Virus record (IMG/VR): IMGVR_UViG_3300025102_000100
Coordinates: 1 to 37,234 of that record
Direction: 5' to 3' (one strand)
Source of the DNA: a virus
Taxonomy: Duplodnaviria; Caudoviricetes
Length of the DNA: 37,234 nt
Part shown: positions 25,679 through 33,954 of the stretch, in pieces
How the letters are laid out: the number at the start of each line of letters is the position of its first letter
Position numbering within the stretch: the stretch's first letter is position 1
Program-made: the position numbers and the translations under genes
The notes under the pieces: model-generated
Told to the model about the DNA's origin: nothing
The model's input: only the letters and a program-made list of their open reading frames with translations
Database searches by the model: none

Positions 25679-26138
25679 TATTGAACATCGAATAGCGACT
25701 CTCGCCGCCAAAATACAATTCTCTGCAAACAAGCCAAATAGAGTGCCAGAAACGAATAAGCATCACCATATACATAATTGGCATTGTGAAACGATAAACC
25801 GTACACGCTTTGCACGATTAATAATTACGTATAGTTACGAGAAACCTAATGGCTTTACGGTCAAGGATTTGGTGCATGACTTACGCATAAGCGATGTAGC
25901 CGTGCGTGAGATGATTAACTATAGTATTACCCAAGATTGGCTGGCGAAAAACGATGCCACCAATACATATAAGGTAACAGAATACTCTCTTGAACATAAT
26001 TTCAATTATGTAAGATCGCATATGGCGCACTCCCAAAAGTGGATTGCCGAACTAAATGCATTATTGACTGTCTACAATCACTCCGATAACGGTGAAACTT
26101 CATACTTCAGTCCAACAAAATTTACAGAAAAAAAATAA
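25668..26138 (+). CDS. Winged-helix DNA-binding protein
   Basis: FTVKDLVHDLRISDVAVREMINYSITQDWL followed by a beta wing (NTYKVTE). Confidence 0.55.
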   Translation: MLSDIEHRIATLAAKIQFSANKPNRVPETNKHHHIHNWHCETINRTRFARLIITYSYEKPNGFTVKDLVHDLRISDVAVREMINYSITQDWLAKNDATNTYKVTEYSLEHNFNYVRSHMAHSQKWIAELNALLTVYNHSDNGETSYFSPTKFTEKK

Positions 26139-26283
26139 GTTACCCTATTTAATTTTAAAGTGACTTAGTTCAATTTTGATACTTCACTAATAATTTGCGC
26201 TATATATTGATGTTTTGCATCAATACTATTTAAGTGACTTATGTGATCACTTTTTATGACTTGTTTTTACGCGTGTATTTTTA

Positions 26284-26311
26284 TTGACGTAATACGCCTA
26301 GTATTTATCCT
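26284..26311 (+). promoter_or_regulatory. Rightward early promoter with overlapping 17-bp operator
   Basis: TTGACG-16-TATCCT; operator TTGACGTAATACGCCTA 26284-26300. Confidence 0.55.
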
Positions 26312-26342
26312 TGTTGAATAATAAAGATAAAGGAAGATACGT

Positions 26343-27296
26343 ATGGAAGAGACAAGTCCAGAATGGGCAACAAGACACCATTATTACCACCACAGTAACT
26401 ACAAAGGTAAATCGAAATCTAAGATATTTTTTGATAAATGCCATGTAAGACCAGCCATAAAACTAGCCGAGAGCATTGTTGATAATCCAGACGCTACGGA
26501 CGGACAGAAACAAGATGCTTGGGATATCATTAGACGATTAGATCAAAAGTATAACGGAAGCGATAATGCAGCAATGCTCATGGGACGGCTCACACAAATG
26601 GCGTGTGATGCTATTCTTATAGAGCATGAGGACGTCAATAAAGCTATAGATGACGTATTATTTATGGCGCACAACTACGAACCTCGAACATGGGACAACG
26701 GTAAAGATGCAGCAAAACGTGATTATCTGCTTACAGAACTGCCGTTTGTTATAAAAAATGCCGTTGTTGGGTTGCAAGAAGCTATGGCATTGGACAACAA
26801 GATATTAGGTGAAATAACTTTATACAATAAGTTACCTGGCAATCGCCTACCCTACATGACTAAGCCGGACTATGGACGTAGAGGAGATCTAAAGACCAAA
26901 TGGTCCAAGGCAAATAATAAAACCAAGTCAGGTTTTGCGACGCACTCACTACCTACAAATCTAGGTAAAAGTATATGGGATATGCGAAACGTAAGCCAAG
27001 TGGCTGGTTTCTACGCCCTCAACAGTCAACTGCCGCCGTTCCTTTTATACGCAAACAAGACCGATTATAGGCTATTCAATGAAGATAATTGCTATGAGTT
27101 GGAACAGGATCATCTGAATTATATGGTGTCGCAGAGTGTTGATATGAATAAAGCAATAGAGCTCAAGCTACAGAAATCAGAAAACAAAAGGCAACTGTTG
27201 GAAGACGAGTTTCCAGATACATCCGATTGGCTAGAGCCACCAACAATAATAGAAGAAGCGACACAACTATGGAGTCTGTATTATGCAAGCAAATAA
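26343..27296 (+). CDS. PD-(D/E)XK exonuclease-like protein
   Basis: E...KPDY...DLKTK and QVAGFY motifs; adjacent to the ERF recombinase. Confidence 0.7.
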   Translation: MEETSPEWATRHHYYHHSNYKGKSKSKIFFDKCHVRPAIKLAESIVDNPDATDGQKQDAWDIIRRLDQKYNGSDNAAMLMGRLTQMACDAILIEHEDVNKAIDDVLFMAHNYEPRTWDNGKDAAKRDYLLTELPFVIKNAVVGLQEAMALDNKILGEITLYNKLPGNRLPYMTKPDYGRRGDLKTKWSKANNKTKSGFATHSLPTNLGKSIWDMRNVSQVAGFYALNSQLPPFLLYANKTDYRLFNEDNCYELEQDHLNYMVSQSVDMNKAIELKLQKSENKRQLLEDEFPDTSDWLEPPTIIEEATQLWSLYYASK

Positions 27297-28023
27297 AGAA
27301 ATTTTTCAGGCAATAGAGAAAGCCAGGGCAAACGGATTTCAACAAATCAAAAAGTCTGGCAGTAATCCTATGTTTAAAAGCAAGTATTCTACACTGCTTG
27401 ATGTATTTGAAGCGTGTAAAGTTCCATTGGAAAAAGAGGGCGTACACATAGCGTTTCACACGGAGCTGCATACTATAGAGGGTAAGCTTGAAAATGTACT
27501 TGTGTGCCGACTTATACATCTTGAGTCTGGTCAAATACTTGAGAGCAAAGTTACGTGCTTTGATGATACTAAAAAGGGAAGTCAAGCCATAGGCTCTGGA
27601 GTGACCTATATGCGTAGGTATCTTTTACAAGCCATGCTTAATCTTGAGTGTGATCCAGAAACAGACGATGACGGCAACGCTACTGCTATAGAAAAGAAAG
27701 ACCCACCAAAAGAAAGTAAGCCACCAGACAAAGATACTGTCGCGGCATTGGAAGAGATGGCCGATAAGATCAACGGCAAAGTGGAAGAAGAAGCGAAAGA
27801 TGGAAAGTATAGCACGGATCAGTTATTTGCAGAGCATGAAGCACGAATAATTGGTGAGCTCGATCTTTGCAAAGAGGTAGCACACTTGGGACGTTGGCGA
27901 GAAAATAACAAAGTATGGTTGGACAAGTTCCAAGCAACACGCGAGAAGCAGCATAAAAATATTCTTGCGTATTTCAATATCAAAAAAACACAACTGCAAC
28001 CAAAGGAGAAAGACGATGGGTAG
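27283..28023 (+). CDS. erf: ERF-family single-strand annealing protein
   Basis: NPMFKSKYSTL, LIHLESGQ, QAIGSGVTYMRRY.L and DDDGN. Confidence 0.92.
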   Translation: MQANKEIFQAIEKARANGFQQIKKSGSNPMFKSKYSTLLDVFEACKVPLEKEGVHIAFHTELHTIEGKLENVLVCRLIHLESGQILESKVTCFDDTKKGSQAIGSGVTYMRRYLLQAMLNLECDPETDDDGNATAIEKKDPPKESKPPDKDTVAALEEMADKINGKVEEEAKDGKYSTDQLFAEHEARIIGELDLCKEVAHLGRWRENNKVWLDKFQATREKQHKNILAYFNIKKTQLQPKEKDDG

Positions 28024-28336
28024 ACCACACGTAGGGCAATCAAATGCAAAGATAAAGAAAAACATACAGGCAAGTGACCAAACAACCTATCGTGTTGCTG
28101 GGTGGCTATCGGCAGACGTATGGGACGATAGTATGAGTGCATACATGAGCGCACCACCACAAGCTCTGGAAGCAATTGATAAGGTAGCACAACTCATGCA
28201 CAAGCATCAGATAAAGATCACAGTATCTGTCGATCAACGTGCTGGCGAAGAGCCCAAAGAGTGGCCGACCGTCATGCGCTTTACACTTAATCCTAATGAG
28301 CCGGAGGTAAAAGAAGATGATCCCTTTGCCATCTAA
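28016..28336 (+). CDS. Probable ssDNA-binding protein (106 aa, acidic DDPF tail)
   Basis: AAGGAG RBS before ATG 28016; follows ERF; ends EPEVKEDDPFAI. Confidence 0.5.
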   Translation: MGRPHVGQSNAKIKKNIQASDQTTYRVAGWLSADVWDDSMSAYMSAPPQALEAIDKVAQLMHKHQIKITVSVDQRAGEEPKEWPTVMRFTLNPNEPEVKEDDPFAI

Positions 28337-28526
28337 TCAACATCTATTTACGATTAAAGAAGCATCAGAGATCTTGTTTGGATCGCCAGAAGATAAGTTC
28401 TCACAAGGCAACTATAAGCGTACTCGACGGCTAGTACAGAAAGGTTTGATAGAAGCAATAAAGGACGGTAACAAGTCCTACATCAAGCGTAAGACTCTGT
28501 TGCAATTCCTTGGCTATGACGAGTGA
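28317..28526 (+). CDS. Excisionase-like HTH protein
   Basis: LFTIKEASEIL...RRLVQKGLIEAIKDG...YIKRKTLLQFL fits the HTH_17/Xis pattern. Confidence 0.75.
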   Translation: MIPLPSNQHLFTIKEASEILFGSPEDKFSQGNYKRTRRLVQKGLIEAIKDGNKSYIKRKTLLQFLGYDE

Positions 28527-28737
28527 CGTAGTAAACAAACCCAAGCACTACACACAGGGCGACGTAGAGTGTATAGATGCCATACGATCAATGTGTGGCA
28601 GTGGGTTCAAGGATTATTGTAGGGGTTCTGTGGTCAAATATCTGTGGCGATACGACAAAAAAAATGGCATTGAGGACTTACTGAAAGCTCAGTGGTTTCT
28701 CAATGCCTTGATAGATTACGAGCAATTAACTAAGTAG
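28516..28737 (+). CDS. DUF3310 (T7 gp1.7-like nucleotide kinase) protein
   Basis: DVVNKPKHY..G.VECIDAI...G..VKYLWR...KNG.EDL.KA.WFL. Confidence 0.88.
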   Translation: MTSDVVNKPKHYTQGDVECIDAIRSMCGSGFKDYCRGSVVKYLWRYDKKNGIEDLLKAQWFLNALIDYEQLTK

Positions 28738-29113
28738 GGTTTATATCTGCTTGTATATCTTCTACAACCCTACGTGCTAATTCTTCTTCTGTGACCTCAC
28801 TCCAAATAAAACGTGAACCAAAGTAATACAGATTTGTTTTGCTATCTATTTCTTGATCCCAATAGTCTAGCCACGGATTTTCTTCGTCAAAATCCTCAAG
28901 ATCAAATGCTTCTTGTCTTTTCACTTGTAGTTCATCACGTAACTCTGGTGGGATGTAGTACTCTAAGATTTGCTTTCTTACTTCCTCTGTGACATATGGA
29001 TTGAGCCACCCATTCCAATACTTATCACTCTTGTCATAAAAGCCTTGGAAAACTTTGTCATCCTCTATGGCAAACCAACATGGCACTAGAAATTTGTTTA
29101 TATTATTTTCCAT
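28730..29113 (-). CDS. Hypothetical acidic early protein (127 aa)
   Basis: GAGGAG RBS; YWNGWLNPY motif; last gene of the leftward operon. Confidence 0.7.
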   Translation of the reverse strand: MENNINKFLVPCWFAIEDDKVFQGFYDKSDKYWNGWLNPYVTEEVRKQILEYYIPPELRDELQVKRQEAFDLEDFDEENPWLDYWDQEIDSKTNLYYFGSRFIWSEVTEEELARRVVEDIQADINPT

Positions 29114-29298
29114 GATGTACCCTCCTCTTCGTCTGAGCGAACCATGTAGTCGAACAGTTCTTCTAGTTTCTTTTTACCATTAACTTGACCCATCATCTTG
29201 TCATTTCGGTAGATCATATATAATGACCCACCTTCGATGACATGAGCAGAATAGGTATGACCATTCTTAGCTTTGTATTCTTTTTCTTTGACAATCAT
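29098..29298 (-). CDS. Hypothetical protein (66 aa)
   Basis: ATGA-coupled to the integrase stop; GGAG RBS. Confidence 0.65.
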   Translation of the reverse strand: MIVKEKEYKAKNGHTYSAHVIEGGSLYMIYRNDKMMGQVNGKKKLEELFDYMVRSDEEEGTSWKII

Positions 29299-30464
29299 AC
29301 CATGCTCCCAAACTTGCCAAGGCTTTGATTGAGCTTGTCCTTGGCTTCTTGTTTCTCTTCGTCATTCTCAATCCAATGGCTATATATATCAATCGTGGTC
29401 TTGATAGAAGCATGACCCATATAAGTCTTGATCCTATTGAAGTCACCACCATATACCTTGAGCAAGACAGACGCATAGTAATGTCTAAGGTCATGCCATC
29501 GTATACGCTCCACATCTGCCCTCTCACAAGCTTCTTGCAGATATTCCCTTAGTCTAGTGCCTGACAAGATGCCACCAGTAGAGGACGGAAATACACGCAC
29601 AGACGATGTGCCTTGTTGCAACTTGTATTCCTTGAGCATACTTGCAAGCCATTTTACTATCGGTACATTTCGCATACCCTTCTCTGTTTTAGTAGAGTGA
29701 CGTATCTCAAACTTGCCTTTCTCAGTTCTCTTGCCTTGACTATCAACAGAGTAATTTCTTTTGTAATGGACAACTTTATTGACATTGATTTCTTCGTTGT
29801 CGAAATCTACGTCAGACCATTCCAATGCTCTCAGTTCGCCTGATCGTAATCCTGAGTATGCAGAAAATAGATACATAAGCTTTCGTTGGCAGATAGCATT
29901 AGAACCAAGAGGTTGTATATTCTTGGCAATCTTATGTATTACGTCCTCAGATATTTGCGTTAGCTTTTTCTTGTCACGATCTCCATAGTCCAAGCCACTT
30001 GCCAACTGTTTGAATACGTTCATGCTTACACAACCCTTAAGAACGGCAAAGTCCAACAACTGTCTGAAGTGTGCCATGACCTCTCTCTGTGTCTTTGGTG
30101 ATCTGTTACCTTTGATGGTCAAAAGTAATTCATCAAGATCACCGACAACAAACTCACGAACTTTCATGTCGGCAAGCATGAGCCCATCTATGTCAACTTG
30201 TTCGAACTCAAACATAGACCTCTCTTTGTTATGAGAATTCTTACGTGACTTCAATCGCTCTCTGTACTGATCAATGAGATATTCAAATGTCCATTCAGTT
30301 TTGTTTTCTCTTGAAACACGAACACCCTCAATCTGTTTCATTTGGGTTTTCATATAGTTTGACGCTTCGTCTTTGGTTGCAAACATTTCGATTGATCCAC
30401 CGAACTTTCTTAGATCAACACCCCAAGGTTTCTTGCCGTGACTTTTCCAATATTTAACTTTCAT
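29295..30464 (-). CDS. int: Tyrosine integrase
   Basis: SGLRSGEL (R), TKT (K), HDLRH (H..R), MGH, and TTIDIY (catalytic Y). Confidence 0.95.
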   Translation of the reverse strand: MKVKYWKSHGKKPWGVDLRKFGGSIEMFATKDEASNYMKTQMKQIEGVRVSRENKTEWTFEYLIDQYRERLKSRKNSHNKERSMFEFEQVDIDGLMLADMKVREFVVGDLDELLLTIKGNRSPKTQREVMAHFRQLLDFAVLKGCVSMNVFKQLASGLDYGDRDKKKLTQISEDVIHKIAKNIQPLGSNAICQRKLMYLFSAYSGLRSGELRALEWSDVDFDNEEINVNKVVHYKRNYSVDSQGKRTEKGKFEIRHSTKTEKGMRNVPIVKWLASMLKEYKLQQGTSSVRVFPSSTGGILSGTRLREYLQEACERADVERIRWHDLRHYYASVLLKVYGGDFNRIKTYMGHASIKTTIDIYSHWIENDEEKQEAKDKLNQSLGKFGSMV

Positions 30465-30473
30465 ACCTACCCC

Positions 30474-30713
30474 CTACGCGTCGTTGTAGAAATGCAAAGC
30501 TTCGCCCAACGTTGGTGCAAGCTTCTTCATTTGAGTTTGTATTCTGTCGTAAGTTTCTTGACCACTACTAGACATTCTGTCGTAATCAAAACCAAGATCA
30601 TTCAAGTCTTCCATAATCTTTTTTAATGCTTGTATATCTTTATCTTCCATTAGCATTTTTTTCTTATATTCAAGAGCTCTTTTTTTTACTTTTTCTAATT
30701 CTTTTTTTTCCAT
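30474..30713 (-). CDS. Hypothetical protein (79 aa)
   Basis: TAATG coupling, GAGGAG RBS; YDRMSSSGQET motif. Confidence 0.7.
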   Translation of the reverse strand: MEKKELEKVKKRALEYKKKMLMEDKDIQALKKIMEDLNDLGFDYDRMSSSGQETYDRIQTQMKKLAPTLGEALHFYNDA

Positions 30714-31072
30714 TAGACTATCTCCTCACCATTATCATTTACAATTCTGAACTCTGACTTGTTCAACCCAACAACTTCTTCTTTGATATATTTTAGAAGA
30801 CCCCAAACAACTTGGTCATAGGGTAACTGTTGTGTCTTACAAAAGTTGAATTCATCCGTTGGAAATTGACGTAATTTGAATGTTTCACAATTAGGACTTC
30901 CATCAATGACAAGCAAAGGATATTCGTCACCATTTGCATCGAAGTCTGTGATAGGACATCCATATGCTTTGTCATCATTATTCTTTAGAAGAGTTTCGCA
31001 GTAGACACATATTTTGTTCCACTCTTCGTTGGTGAAAGATCTGGTCTGATACCAATAGTTTGTATATCCCAT
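30713..31072 (-). CDS. Hypothetical early protein (MGYTxYW...FCKT...PYD type)
   Basis: 119 aa ORF tightly packed in the operon, with conserved-looking motifs. Confidence 0.7.
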   Translation of the reverse strand: MGYTNYWYQTRSFTNEEWNKICVYCETLLKNNDDKAYGCPITDFDANGDEYPLLVIDGSPNCETFKLRQFPTDEFNFCKTQQLPYDQVVWGLLKYIKEEVVGLNKSEFRIVNDNGEEIV

Positions 31073-31074
31073 GA

Positions 31075-31452
31075 CTACACCATCACCCTAAATGACTCTT
31101 CATTTATATCGATCACCATTGAATACTTTTCTTTTGAAATTCTATTTAGCATCTTGGTGTTCACAGGAATCCATTCTGCGAAATCATCTCCACCCACGGC
31201 ATCCCTACAATCTTCCCACCAATTATCGTTTGTCTCTGGTCTGTAACCATGAGCATAGATAACAAAGTTCTTTTGATTGGCTCGTCTTTTGTGAGCATTC
31301 ATAAGATAGATACCTTGGTCTTTAACTAACCAGAAACCTTTCTCCGTGGTCATGCCTTTTGTGTAAGGCTTTCGGAACTCTTTCTTCTCTAATACTTCTG
31401 CTGCTAATTTTTGAAAGTCTTTATTAAGACCTATAAATTTAAGTTTTGTCAT
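31075..31452 (-). CDS. DUF3085-like protein
   Basis: FWLVKDQGIYLM...IYAHGY.P...GGDDFAEWI; GAGG RBS; first gene after the early promoter. Confidence 0.75.
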   Translation of the reverse strand: MTKLKFIGLNKDFQKLAAEVLEKKEFRKPYTKGMTTEKGFWLVKDQGIYLMNAHKRRANQKNFVIYAHGYRPETNDNWWEDCRDAVGGDDFAEWIPVNTKMLNRISKEKYSMVIDINEESFRVMV

Positions 31453-31470
31453 TTTATCCTCGCAAAGTTA

Positions 31471-31514
31471 TTGACGTTTAACGACAAGCATATACCGCAA
31501 GACGGCAATGTCAA
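31471..31514 (-). promoter_or_regulatory. Leftward early promoter with downstream 17-bp operator
   Basis: TTGACA-16-TATGCT (31514-31487); operator TTGACGTTTAACGACAA 31471-31487. Confidence 0.6.
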
Positions 31515-31515
31515 T

Positions 31516-31886
31516 ACCTACAACCAGATTTTGTAAGAGCTCAAAACAATTTTGTAAGAACGCAATCGGTTGTAGGTTTTTGCATATAGGAAAAAATTTT
31601 TGTAAGAATATCTGTAAGAAACCCAGCTAAAATATAGCTAAGTCATTGTATTTATTGAGGAAGTTTTGGTGCGGGTGATAGGACTTGAACCTACAACCAG
31701 ACGGATATACGTGGAAACGTATTGCATCATAGTGCATAAAATAAGGGGTATGGGGGATATAGGTGGAAACTGGTTTCTTACAGTTTCTCTATGTTTCTCA
31801 CAATTTTTGTAAGAAAAACTGTTTTGTAAGAGTTCAAACGGTTGTAGGTTTTTTACGAACGGTTGTAGGTTTTTACGTGTCTTACA
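31516..31886. repeat. Array of ~13 TGTA(A/G)G-core repeats around attP (arm-type/accessory binding sites or iterons)
   Basis: TGTAAGA at 31532, 31553, 31601, 31613, 31808 and 31825, inverted at 31776 and 31880. ACCTACAACC at 31516 and 31689, inverted at about 31568, 31840 and 31861. Confidence 0.8.
31667..31694 (-). other. attP core: 3' end of a tRNA (T-arm + acceptor strand + CCA), probably tRNA-Leu
   Basis: Minus strand GTAGGTTCAAGTCCTATCACCCGCACCA; no 5' half present; IHF-like TAAGTCATTG at 31639-31648; integrase nearby. The isotype is a guess from the acceptor stem and A discriminator. Confidence 0.8.
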
Positions 31887-31900
31887 AAAAAACTAGGGTG

Positions 31901-32095
31901 TTATCCGGGGAAACCATGTATCACAGTAGATCTACAATTCATCTTGTTGACGATTGGATCACGCTGTTGTTTTAGAACTTTGTCACGCCAGTAATAGCAG
32001 ACTTCTTTGTTCACAAAGGCCAAGCGTCTGACCGCGTATTCTTCTTTCATTACGTCTGTAATTAACAGTACGTAAATAACATAAACAGTTGTCAC
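31901..32095 (-). CDS. Hypothetical protein (64 aa) after endolysin
   Basis: GTGA overlap with the endolysin stop; hydrophobic N-terminus; two Cys. Confidence 0.55.
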   Translation of the reverse strand: MTTVYVIYVLLITDVMKEEYAVRRLAFVNKEVCYYWRDKVLKQQRDPIVNKMNCRSTVIHGFPG

Positions 32096-32577
32096 GAGAG
32101 CTGCATGACCTCTAGGTGAGGTCCATCGAGGAAATAAGAACGCCCTTGTGACTTACGTAGGTCAATGTACTCATTACGTAACTGCTCTGCATTCTTTTGT
32201 TGTCCTGTTAAGTGACAATGCCAGGCACAACCCCAACGCAACGTCAGACCTTTTTCTTCGCTTGCCTGTTTAAATGCGTCGGCTATGTCATCGTATATGG
32301 GTAGCTCCCAACATACCTCTGGCCCATCGCCTGTATCGACGTAGGCAACAACATCGACGGCATGGCCGTAACCGTCATCTTGTATAAGATGTTTAGATTT
32401 TAGAGTCGTGGATCTTTTCGCTGCAACTAACTTCTTCTGCGTTTCTAAATCTCTGACCCCATACGTCACACCGAAATCAACAGGTGTAATTTGAATCGCC
32501 CGGTGGACAACCTCGACAAGCTTGGGATGTACCCCTACTAATCGTGACTTACTTCTTTGTGATAAAACAAATGCCAT
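32092..32577 (-). CDS. Endolysin, M15-family (L-Ala-D-Glu-type) peptidase
   Basis: LSQRS..RL.GVHPKL, G.R....Q, SKHL, GHAVD, LRWG and DGPHLE Zn-peptidase motifs. Confidence 0.9.
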   Translation of the reverse strand: MAFVLSQRSKSRLVGVHPKLVEVVHRAIQITPVDFGVTYGVRDLETQKKLVAAKRSTTLKSKHLIQDDGYGHAVDVVAYVDTGDGPEVCWELPIYDDIADAFKQASEEKGLTLRWGCAWHCHLTGQQKNAEQLRNEYIDLRKSQGRSYFLDGPHLEVMQLS

Positions 32578-32930
32578 TAGTTTCTCCTAAGTTTGTTAAA
32601 TGATCTGAGCCCAAATGATGCAGCTATCGACGCATACATTCCGTACTGCACCCAATCTGGACACTGTTCTAGATTTTGAAAACCACGTTGCATAATGTCT
32701 TGCATTCCCCAAAACGGAATGAAGTTGGCACAAAGAATCAAAACAAAAACCACAGTCCACAGCTCGTCTTTAAAACTTCCCTTGGAAGCATCCATCGCCA
32801 TGACTTCCCAGTTCGCTGTCCCCTCTGCTATCTTCTGTTCTTTTGTTGCCTTTGCTTTCTGTATCTGTGATTTGCTGTCGAGGTATGACGTACCAAGACC
32901 CACTACACTACTAAGGATCTGACCGATCAT
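32577..32930 (-). CDS. Holin-like membrane protein (3TM-type)
   Basis: MIGQILSSVVGLG start with GGAG RBS; SFKDELWTVVF, P.W.QY...SIAASFG.R; coupled to endolysin. Confidence 0.7.
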   Translation of the reverse strand: MIGQILSSVVGLGTSYLDSKSQIQKAKATKEQKIAEGTANWEVMAMDASKGSFKDELWTVVFVLILCANFIPFWGMQDIMQRGFQNLEQCPDWVQYGMYASIAASFGLRSFNKLRRN

Positions 32931-33135
32931 TGCTAACTCCTTTGGATTCTTTGTTGATGAACACGGCAAAAGATCCTGTCATTGCTCCTGTCACAACGGA
33001 TATAAGTGAAGCCATTTGAGTGCTTAACTCCGGCTGGCTCAAGGCATATTCAATGCAACGAATATACACACCAGTCATAACCAACATCATTATCCTGGGA
33101 ACTATCTGCCATTTGTTAAGTGTATCTGGTGTCAT
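32911..33135 (-). CDS. Small two-TM membrane protein (lysis module)
   Basis: LNKWQIVPRIMM followed by two hydrophobic segments. Confidence 0.65.
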   Translation of the reverse strand: MTPDTLNKWQIVPRIMMLVMTGVYIRCIEYALSQPELSTQMASLISVVTGAMTGSFAVFINKESKGVSNDRSDP

Positions 33136-33284
33136 TTAGATTTCTTCTTCGCATTCTTTTTCTGTGACTCTGATAGCTTTGGTCTTCCCCTCTTGCGAGA
33201 TGTAGACACAGTAGTATTCGTTAAGACTTCTTCCGGCGGCTTTCTTCCGAACTCGTTTAACCAACTCATAATCCAAGCGATCAT
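33132..33284 (-). CDS. Small basic protein with AT-hook (50 aa)
   Basis: GGAGG RBS before ATG 33284; MIAWIMSWL...RKRGRPK...KKKSK. Confidence 0.55.
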   Translation of the reverse strand: MIAWIMSWLNEFGRKPPEEVLTNTTVSTSRKRGRPKLSESQKKNAKKKSK

Positions 33285-33298
33285 GGCGTACCTCCGAT

Positions 33299-33778
33299 TT
33301 AGTTTTTGATGGTGATATAGACAACGATAGCCACAACAACGACAGCACACCCGCCAAAAATGTAGCCAAATATTTTAAGATCATTTATCATTTCTTTGCG
33401 ACGCTTTGCTTTTGCTGCTGCACGTTTGCGTTCTGCTTCGTTGAATTCTTTGATACGTTTCTTACGCTCTGCTTCTATGCCAGAAAACGTGCCAAACCCG
33501 AAACGATTATCGATAAGTATTTTTATAGAATATAGCTCTTCCTCTGCAAGCTTTGCATCTATGGTTTCCGACGCTATTGAACTGATAGAGAACTGACCGG
33601 GTGCAGCCTTTTTGTTTTTGGCACGATCAATCTTAGATTTACTATCGAGCAACACATCAATTTGTGACGCAATATCACGAACATCTTTTGCAGTACTTAT
33701 AGCCTTTTTGATGCCGTCAACTGCCGCCTTGAAAGCCGTAGCCGCAGCGATGGCTTCACCAACCCCAAACCCTAACAT
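33299..33778 (-). CDS. Coiled-coil protein with C-terminal TM anchor (159 aa)
   Basis: Amphipathic N-terminus, basic coiled coil, C-terminal hydrophobic helix. Confidence 0.7.
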   Translation of the reverse strand: MLGFGVGEAIAAATAFKAAVDGIKKAISTAKDVRDIASQIDVLLDSKSKIDRAKNKKAAPGQFSISSIASETIDAKLAEEELYSIKILIDNRFGFGTFSGIEAERKKRIKEFNEAERKRAAAKAKRRKEMINDLKIFGYIFGGCAVVVVAIVVYITIKN

Positions 33779-33795
33779 ACGTCCCCCAGGTTAAT

Positions 33796-33954
33796 TTAAT
33801 GTATTTGAAATAAAACTGTTACGAGCAGCATAAGCACAGAACCCATCCCAATATAGAGTATGCCCTCCAATCTCTTTAAGCGAAAGAAGAGTTCCTTAAA
33901 CTGGATATGCGTTGTCGTTTCTATTTTCGTTATGCGTTCTGAAAGCTTAGTCAT
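33796..33954 (-). CDS. Small coiled-coil + TM protein (52 aa; XhlA-like architecture)
   Basis: Not in the ORF track: MTKLSERITKIETTTHIQFKELFFRLKRLEGILYIGMGSVLMLLVTVLFQIH; TAATG-coupled. Confidence 0.7.
   Translation of the reverse strand: MTKLSERITKIETTTHIQFKELFFRLKRLEGILYIGMGSVLMLLVTVLFQIH

Noticed and set aside
31667-31740. Complete tRNA gene
   Set aside because: Only the T-arm, acceptor 3' strand and CCA are present; no matching GCGGGTG 5' strand, D-arm or anticodon arm upstream on the minus strand. Treated as attP core.
31516-31886. CRISPR or mini-array
   Set aside because: Repeats are 7-21 bp, irregularly spaced and in both orientations, with no unique spacers of constant length and no cas genes.
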